This document shows, piece by piece, positions 55,338 to 64,000 of a stretch of 64,000 nucleotides of DNA. The first letter of the stretch is position 1. Every line of letters begins with the position of its first letter. Position numbers and translations under genes: made by a program. The DNA is from Octopus vulgaris (lineage: Eukaryota): the NCBI GenBank assembly GCA_951406725.2, contig OX597842.1, positions 11,098,001 to 11,162,000 on the forward strand, read 5' to 3'. The notes below the pieces were generated by a model. It did not search any database, was not told the origin of the DNA, and was given only the letters and a program-made list of their open reading frames with translations.

Positions 55338-56014
55338 GAGAGAGTGAGTGAAAAAGTTCGTGGCGAATTGTAGTCGAAAATACGAAATTGAAGAAAATGC
55401 ACGGACTTATTATGTTGAACAATGCACACGGAAGTACACAATATGCATGTACCTGTTTGCGGGCACATAGTTCAGTGGTTCGCGTCATCATGGTATTGAT
55501 TCGCTGCCCAGGCGGCGCATTTTGTCTTTTAAGTGAATCGCCTCGACCTCTGACACGAGGCAAGACCTTTGACCCGTTCAAACAACGTCGGTCTGACGGA
55601 CGAGCTAATGTACCGTGCATACATTTAATCACAATGGACAATTCATTTATGCCGGTTCTCCGCAAATATTTGCAGAGCTGTCTTTTCGACGGAGTCGAGA
55701 GATTACCAAGCGAATTGGCTTAGTTATTTACCTAACTAATTAATTAATCGATCGCTTGCTTGCTCAGTCGGTTAATCAAATCGATATCTTTACAAACAAC
55801 TGATTAACTGATTCGTTCGTTAACCTTTTGATCAAGCGAAAAGTACGATTAGTTGGTTGCTTAAAAATCTTACCATTTGACTAATAAGGCGGAAGTGAAA
55901 TTGAATCAGTGCGTGTGTTTGTTGTCGGTTTCAGTGGCCCACCCCGGGAGGGGGGGGGGGACAAAGTAATCTTAGTTTACACAATGGAGCTTCGAGAATG
56001 AATTGAGAAGTGTT

Positions 56015-56259
56015 GTGCGTGTGTATGTGTATGGGTTTGTGTGTGTGTGTGTGTGTGTGTGTGTTTGTGTGTGTGTTTGTGTGTGTGTGTATTTGTGTGT
56101 GTATTTGTGTGTGTGTGTGTGTTTGTGTTTGTGTGTGTGTTTGTGTGTGTGTTTGTGTGTGTGTGTGTTTGTGTTTGTGTGTGTGTTTGTGTGTGTTTGT
56201 GTGTGTGTTTGTGTGTGTGTTTGTGTGTGTGTGTTTGTGTGTGTGTTTGTGTGTGTGTT

Positions 56260-56324
<65 letters not shown>

Positions 56325-56371
56325 TTGTGTGTGTGTTTGTGTGTGTGTTTGTGTGTGTGTTTGTGTGTGTT

Positions 56372-56425
<54 letters not shown>

Positions 56426-56533
56426 TGTTTGTTTGTGTGTTTGTGTGTGTGTTTGTGTGTGTGTTTGTGTGTGTTTGTGTTTGTGTGTGTGTTTGTGTGT
56501 GTGTTTGTGTGTGTGTTTGTGTGTGTTTGTGTT

Positions 56534-56564
<31 letters not shown>

Positions 56565-56605
56565 GTTTGTGTTTGTGTGTGTGTTTGTGTGTGTGTTTGT
56601 GTGTG

Positions 56606-56652
<47 letters not shown>

Positions 56653-56662
56653 TGTGTGTGTT

Positions 56663-56695
<33 letters not shown>

Positions 56696-57078
56696 GTTTG
56701 TGTGTGTATTTGTGTGTGTGTTTCTGTGTGTGTTTGTGTGTGTGTTTGTGTGTGTGTTTTTGTGTGTGTGTTTGTGTGTGTTTGTGTATGTGTGTTTGTG
56801 TGTGTTTGTGTGTTTCTGTGTGTGTGTTTGTGTGTGTTTGTGTGTGTTTGTGTGTTTCTGTGTGTGTGTTTGTGTGTGTGTGTTTGTGTGTGTTTGTGTG
56901 TGTTTGTGTGTTTCTGTGTGTGTGTTTGTGTGTGTTTCTGTGTATGTCTTTGTGTGTGTGCTTGTGTGTGTGTTTATGTATGTATTTGTGTGTGTGTGTT
57001 TGTGTGTGTGTTTGTGTGTGTTTGTGCGTGTGTGTTTGTGTGTGTGTGTATGTGTGTGTGGGCGTTTGTGTGTTTGTG
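56015..57078. repeat. ~1-kb (GT)n/(GTGTTT)n tract
   Basis: Direct reading. Confidence 0.95.
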
Positions 57079-57809
57079 CCTTCGCACGGAGGAATGTCGT
57101 CTGATGGTATCCGACGTTCATCGTCTGTTTGGATCCTGAACTGTAACACCCTCCCATTCCTGGGTCAGCAGTGTTGGCCATCCCACTGCTCGTCGTCTCC
57201 TCCTGGCTTCCAGCTTAACGCTTCTCTCATATACCTAAGCCAACAAGAGGATCTTTCAGCTGCTTCTCTCATCCTCGCACAAACACCCTTCGTGCCTTAA
57301 CTCGCATTCCAACTCCTATTTTGCCAAATATACACACGCACTGTATATTCGCTCTTCACTCGTTTATTGTTATTCTTCTTCTAACTCATGTCCTCCGTCC
57401 GGAAATCCTTCGTTATACATCTGTCACCTCTACAGCGACACTTTCATATTCACGCGTGCTCTTGCTCCGCTTATTCCGTTGTCTTTTATGGGCCAAGCGA
57501 TGCAAGAGCACACAGGAAGAGGAAAAGTGTCACTGAAAAGGTCACAGAGGTGTGACGAAAGGATTTCTGGACAAATGATATGAGTTAAAATACCCATGTA
57601 ATAAACGATTGAGGGACAAATATATAGTGCGTGTGTTTATTTGGCAATAAAGAAAATGACCGTCCCGAAATACAACAATATTTGTTTCAACCCACGTCTT
57701 CAAATCAAGAATCTTGTAACACAAATTCATATAGATATATATATATGTATATATATATATATGTATATACAGACACACGAAGAAGGCCTGAAAAGGTCTT
57801 GGCCAGGAA

Positions 57810-58795
57810 TGTATGCCAATATATTAATGTATACCAATGTATCCAAACCATACCAATGTATGCAAAAGATATCTGTGTATGCCAGTGTATTACAATGTAT
57901 ACGAATGTATGTCAGTTTATACTAATGGTGCGGATGTATGCCAATATATGCCAATGTATACCAATGTATACCAATGTATGCCAATGTATGCCAATGTATG
58001 TCAAAGTCTATCACTGTGTGCCAATATATGCCAGCGTATGCCAATGTATGCCAATGTATACCAGTGTATGCCAAACTATACGAATGTAAGTCAGTTTATA
58101 CCGATGGTGCGGATGTATGCAAATATGTGCCACTGTATACCAATGTATACCAATGTATGCCAACCTGTACCAACGTATACCTATATATATTAATGTATGT
58201 CAATGTATGCCAACGTATACCTATGTATATTAATGTATGCCAATGTATGCCACTGTATGTCAATGTATGTCAATATATGCCAACGTATGCCAATGTATAC
58301 CTATTTCTTTACTACCCACAAGGGGCTAAACACAGAGGGGACAAACAAGGACAGACAAACGGATTAGGTCGATTACATCGACCCCAGTGCGTAAATGGTA
58401 TTTAATTTATCGACCCCGAAAGGATGAAAGACAAGGTTGATCTCGGCGGGATTTGAACTCACAACGTAACGGCAGACGAATTACCTATTTCTTTACTACC
58501 CACAAGGGGCTAAACACAGAGGGGACAAACAACGACAGACATAGGTATTAAGTCGATTACATCGACCCCAGTGCGTAACTGGTACTTAATTTATCGACCC
58601 CGAATGGATGAAAGGCAAAGTCGACCTCGGCGGAATTTGAACTCACAACGTAACGGCAGACGAAATACCGCTAAGCATTTTGCCCGGCGTGCTAACGTTT
58701 CTGCCAGTTCACCGCCTTATCTACCAGCTCGCCGCCTTATACCAATGTATACCAACGTATGTCAATGCATGCGAATGTATGCCAATGTATATACT
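57810..58795. repeat. Degenerate 10-bp minisatellite (gtat[g/a]ccaat)n interrupted by SINE B
   Basis: Unit seen at 57810-58300 and resuming at 58740-58795. Confidence 0.85.
58298..58737 (-). mobile_element. SINE family B, two internal-type units plus head
   Basis: tacctatttctttactacccacaagggg.. at 58298 and ~58482. Confidence 0.85.
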
Positions 58796-59174
58796 GCAAG
58801 ATTTCTTCTCCGGGTAGGAAATTTGATACAAATTAATGTTTGTATTAGAATTGAGGTTCAATGTCTTTCTGTGCGTTTGGTTAATTCAGTTCCGTGTGTG
58901 TATAGCTGAATCTTTCTGTGTGAATATGTCTGTATATGTATGTGTACGTCTACAATCTTGTGTGCGGACATTTTGTGTGTTAACGAGGCGGGAAATCAAA
59001 AGAAACCGCAATTTTGTAATGTTATTTTATTCGCTTCGTTTTCCATGTTTCCACTTTTATTGCCTTCAAAGAAGTTTCCATTTCAAGCAATGCATCGGTC
59101 CAGCCGCGTTTTCCACTGCTCGAAGCAGTCCTGGAATTCTTGGATTCTACTTCTTTTCGATATATATACATAAA

Positions 59175-59774
59175 CTAGCAGTATCGCCCGGCGTTGCTCG
59201 GTTTGTAAGGGAAATAACTATAAAGCATTTTTAGAGAGTTATAGCCAAAAAATAGCAAAAGAATGCATTCAAAATGGAAAAAAAATGATGGTAAATTTTT
59301 TTTTAAATCGTAGACTCATCGTAGACATTTTTAGAGAGTTACTTCCCTTATATTTAAAAAATATGCATTAAAATGGAAAAAGTGATGGTAAATTATTTTT
59401 AAAATCGTAGACTCATCGTAAACATTTTTAAAGAGTTACTTCCCGTATATTTAAAAAATATGCATTAAAATGGAAAAAAATTATGGTAATTTTTTAAATG
59501 AATTTTTTTTTAAATCGTAGACTCATCGTAGACATTTTTAGAGAGTTACTTCCCTTATATTTAAAAAATATGCATTAAAATGGAAAAAAAATGATGGTAA
59601 ATTTTTTTTTAAAATCGTTGACTCATCGTAGACGCACGCTAATACCCAGAAGGGCTCGATATGAATCACGACTATAAGATACCCGGTTTTGGTTAAACTG
59701 CAGCGCAAAATGTGGGAGTAATTAGGAATCTAAATCGTAGTAGACAGACTCACAACTTGACTTTTATATATAAA
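59175..59774 (-). mobile_element. Non-autonomous Helitron, family 2 (four internal ~100-bp subrepeats)
   Basis: Same termini as the other copies; tttta.agagtta..aaatcgt.gactcatcgta.ac occurs four times. Confidence 0.8.
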
Positions 59775-60117
59775 TATATATATACATACATACATACATA
59801 CGTACACATACATACATAAATATGTATACGATAATATGATGCTTTTTAACACCTCCGTCGGTTTTTCTTTCATCTCTTCCCCATCTGCAAAACATTTTCC
59901 TTTAAGGACGTCTTTCATTCGGGAGAAGAAAAAGAACATTTTCAGGGAGCAAGATTGGGCGAATAGGGAATGTGGATAAACGGGGTCATGCCGTTTCTAT
60001 TCAGAAACCGTCTCTCACTCAAGGCGGTGTGCGCATGCGCACTGTCACAATGGAACCACCACAGTTCACCTTGTCAGAGGTCGGGAGCGTTTTCGGTTCA
60101 CTATGTCTCGAAAACTA

Positions 60118-60344
60118 TTTTACTCTTTGACTGGCTTCAGTCATTTGACAGCGGCTATGCTGGAGCACCGCGTTTTAGTCGAGCAAATCGACCCCGGGAC
60201 TTATTCTTTGGACGCCTAGTACTTATACTATCGGTCTCTTTTGCGGAACCGCTAAGTTACGGGGATGTAAACACACCGCCATCGGTTGTCAAGCAATGCT
60301 AGGGGGACAAACACAGACACACAAACACACACACACACATACAT
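60118..60344 (-). mobile_element. SINE family A, tail half, inside the mariner fossil
   Basis: ttcagtcatttgac.gcggc.atgctggagcaccg..gggggacaaacacagacac. Confidence 0.85.
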
Positions 60345-60702
60345 ATGCCTGAGGTTCGCATCAAGTGGCTTCTAGCGACGGAAGCCTGAACTACAACGGC
60401 CTTGTTCCTTAGAGAACGTTTCCGGTTAATTCTGCGTACCCCTGTGTGTATGTATGTGTACGTCTAAACTTTTATGTGCGAACATGTTTATGTGTGTATG
60501 CGTGTGACTGTGTGTGCATGTGTATGTATCTCTAAGTGTTTGTGTACGTACTTGTTTGTGCGTGTGTGTGGTGGTGTGTAGTGACATCGAATGCTTTTAT
60601 TGCCTTGCTTCCTTGCTGCTTCGTTGCCGGGCTTTTGCCGTAGCACCAGCTTTCGTCACCAATGATCACCTTCGAACAGAAGTTCGTATCAACTTCCAAC
60701 AA

Positions 60703-61083
60703 GTGGAGGCGCAATGGCCCAGTGTTTAGGGTAGCGGACTCGCAGTCATAGGATCGCGGTTTCGATTCCCAGACCGGGCGTTGTGAGTGTTCATTGAGCG
60801 AAAACACCTAAAGCTCCACGAGACTCCGGCAGGGGTGGTGATCCCTGCTGTACTCTTTCACCACAACTTTCTCTCATTCTTACTTCCTGTTTCTCTTGTA
60901 CCTGTATTTCAAAGGGCCGGCCTTGTCACTCTTTGTGTCACGCTGAATATCCCCGAGAACTACGTTAAGGGTACACGTGTCTGTGGAGTGCTCAGCCACT
61001 TACACGTTAATTTCACGAGCAGGCTGTTCCGTTGATTCGGATCAACCGGGACCCTCGTCGTCGTAACCGACGGAGTGCTTCCA
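60703..61083 (+). mobile_element. Full-length monomeric SINE family C with 11-bp target-site duplication
   Basis: caacttccaac lies immediately 5' (60690-60700) and 3' (~61086-61096); the mariner reading frame resumes across it. Confidence 0.9.
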
Positions 61084-61257
61084 TCCAACTTCCAACTGTT
61101 CTTTCATTTCACCACACGCATTCACTCGTGACGGCTCTTGATCTTCCGTGATCAATTGAGGCACAAATTTTCGGCTACATTTTTACATTCGCAATTCCTA
61201 AATCGAAATTCGTTGGCAGGATCTCCAGGACACACCAATCATATCAACAATTTCGTC

Positions 61258-61627
61258 AGGCGTAGGAGTGGCTGTGTGGTAAGTAGCTTGCTAACCAACC
61301 ACATGGTTCCGGGTTCAGTCCCACTGCGTGGCATCTTGGGCAAGTGTCTTCTGCTCTAGCACCGGGCCGACCAATGCCTTGTGAGTGGATTTGGTAGACG
61401 GAAACTAAAAAAAGCCCGTCGTGTATATGTATATATATATATGTGTGTGTGTGTGTGTGCGTGTGTGTGTGTGTGTGTGTATGTATACATGTGTGTGTGT
61501 ATGTTTCTGTGTTTGTACCCCCCAGCATCGCTTGAAAACCGATGCTGGTGTGTTTACGTTTTCCGTGACTTAGCGGTTCGGTAAAAAAAGACGATAGAAT
61601 AAGTATTAGGGTTACAAAGAATAAGAC
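61258..61627 (+). mobile_element. SINE family A, 3'-truncated
   Basis: aggcgtaggagtggctgtgtgg..gttacaaagaataag. Confidence 0.85.
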
Positions 61628-61867
61628 TGATGCCTGAGGTTCGCATCAAGTGGCTTCTAGCGACAGAAGCCTGAACTACAACGGCCTTGTCCCTTAGAGA
61701 ACGTTTCCGGTTAATTCTGCGTAACCCTATGTGTATGTATGTGTATGTCTAAACTTTTATGTGCGAACATGTTTATGTGTGCATGTGTATGTATCTCTAA
61801 GTATTTGTAGTACGTACATGTTTGTACGTAGTAGTGTGAGTGTGTGTGTGGATATGTATATATATAT

Positions 61868-62390
61868 ACTCTTTTACTTCTTTCAGTCATTTGACTGCGG
61901 CCATGCTGGAGCACCGCCTTTTAGTCGAGCAAATCGACCCCAGGACTTATTCTTTGTAAGCCGAGTACTTATTCTATCGGTCTCTTTTGCCGAACCGCTA
62001 AGTAACGGAGACGTAAACATACCAGCATCGGTTGTCAAGCAATGCTAGGGGGATGACACACAAACACAAACACACACATACATATTTATATATATAAACA
62101 TATATACGACGGGCTTCTTTCAGTTTCCGTCTACCAAATCCACTCACAAGGCATTGGTCGGCCTGGGGCTATAGTAGAAGACACTTTCCCAAGGTGCCAC
62201 GCAGTGGGACTAGGAACTGGTTGCAGAAAAGGTTACGTATATATACAGTCTACATGTGGTTGGTAAGCAAGCTACTTACCACACAGCCATTCCTACGCCT
62301 ATATACATATATACGACGGGCTTCTTTCAGTTTCCGTCTACCAAATACACTCACAAGGCATTGGTCGGCCCGGGGCTATAGTAGAAGACA
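61868..62390 (-). mobile_element. SINE family A plus partial second head
   Basis: Colinear with the consensus except for a 45-bp foreign patch at 62211-62255. Confidence 0.85.
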
Positions 62391-62534
62391 ATATATAAGT
62401 CTGTGTGTGTATGTATGTATACATGTATGTGTGTATGCATATAGTTATATATATATATGTGTATATATATATGTGTACAAATACGTATATTTAAATGTAT
62501 GTGTGTATATATAAATACATGTGTGTATATATAA

Positions 62535-62609
<75 letters not shown>

Positions 62610-62676
62610 CCATTCTTCCAGTCAGAGCCCGTACCAATGCTGGGGCAACATGTATATATATTTGTATATATATTTA

Positions 62677-62725
<49 letters not shown>

Positions 62726-63012
62726 ATATATATATATATATGTACACATATATAAATATATGTATATAGGTATATATATATAAGTATATGCATATATTTA
62801 TAAATATTTATATATATGTGTATATATTTTTTATAGATGTACATATGTACATATATAGATATATTATATATTGTGTATATATATATATATATATCTACGC
62901 AGTTAAGACCTACATCGATATACATGTTAACCTATTAATCTGCAGCTCTCGATAGCTATCTGTGTATTTATGATTCCCGTTCCCTCTCTCCCCATAATTA
63001 TATGCATATATC

Positions 63013-63078
<66 letters not shown>

Positions 63079-63320
63079 ATATATCACTGATATCATAGTT
63101 ACAGGTTTACAAGCATATTGACTGATTTAAATGGCAACACATTGATACAGATACAGAACCAGATATGCATTAATATATATATGCAATAATTCATACACCC
63201 AAACATACAGATATACGCAAAGAAACATACACACTGCAGACAAACGTACGTATATATATCCGTGCACACGCATATAAATACTTCAAACATATTCTAAATT
63301 CTGTTGTGCATAAGACAAAA

Positions 63321-63415
63321 AGAAGAAGAAGAAGAAGAAGAAGAAGAAGAAGAAGAAGAAGAAGAAGAAAAGAAGAAGAAGAAGCAAAGAAGATGAAGAA
63401 GAAGAAGAAGAAGAA
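63321..63415. repeat. (GAA)n microsatellite
   Basis: Direct reading. Confidence 0.95.
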
Positions 63416-63673
63416 TGAGAGGCGAAGATGTTGCTAGAATAAATGCGATATTTCATTATGAGGAAGATGGGTGGGAGGTAAACAAAATTGACATTTGAAA
63501 AGAAAATGGTAGGAACTGGTTGCAGAAAAGGTTACGTATATATACAGTCTACATACAGACCTTATACATAGACAAATGTTTAGATATGCACGTATATATA
63601 ACTGTGTGTGTGCGTGTTTATATATATATATACGTGTGTGTGTATGTATGTATACATGTGAGTGTGTGTGCGA

Positions 63674-63743
<70 letters not shown>

Positions 63744-63807
63744 TTTCTGTAACTATCTGTCAAACTCTTGTCACTCTCTCCCCCTCTCTGCCTCTCTCTT
63801 TCTATAT

Positions 63808-63848
<41 letters not shown>

Positions 63849-63933
63849 CATATATATACATATATATATGTGTGTGTTTGCGTGCGTGGGTATAGATGTA
63901 TATTCATATATATATATATATATATATATATAA

Positions 63934-63976
<43 letters not shown>

Positions 63977-64000
63977 TATATATATATGTATGTATGTATG

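Larger units (their letters stand above)
59831..61257 (-). mobile_element. Fragmented mariner transposase fossil (pieces ~61087-61257, ~60590-60702, ~59831-60117)
   Basis: Minus-strand translations: DEIVDMIGVSWRSCQRI..RKFVPQLITEDQ..RVNACGEMKEQLEV; DTNFCSKVIIGDESWCYG..TKQQ; DSAHAHTA..PYSPNLAP..FFFSRMKDVLKGKCFAD. These match mariner WVP/GDE/HDNA/YSPDLAP motifs, with stops and frameshifts. Confidence 0.85.

Noticed and set aside
55380-55725. Unique-sequence ORFs (111-157 aa) and a DR1-like gacctttgacc motif
   Set aside because: No recognisable domain, and a single short motif is not enough to call an enhancer.
55931-57300. ORFs of 360-420 aa
   Set aside because: Translations of a (GT)n tract.

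Overview
Repeat-dominated, AT-rich animal genomic DNA with no supportable host protein-coding exon. The SINE families and dense microsatellites look like octopus DNA; this is inferred from recognition of repeat types, not from a search. Almost all ORFs in the track are translated microsatellites or SINEs. The window contains at least five tRNA-derived SINE families, four of which have spawned local tandem arrays, including 16 x ~258 bp at 34.2-38.4 kb. It also holds 5'-truncated R4/Dong-like RLE non-LTR retrotransposons sitting in (AAT)n, a head-to-tail array and solo copies of non-autonomous Helitrons, a Tc2/pogo-like MITE, a fragmented mariner transposase fossil, and several mini- and microsatellites. 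The least expected signal is about ten type I hammerhead-ribozyme motifs from several unrelated sequence families, nearly all embedded in (TA)n/(CA)n tracts. One is apparently fully canonical (4913-5000). Two lie in a nested fold-back element with hammerheads of both polarities (6.7-7.36 kb). One family has a recurrent extra core nucleotide. They most likely mark non-autonomous Penelope-like or retrozyme-type elements. All folds were paired by eye and coordinates of diverged repeats are approximate.
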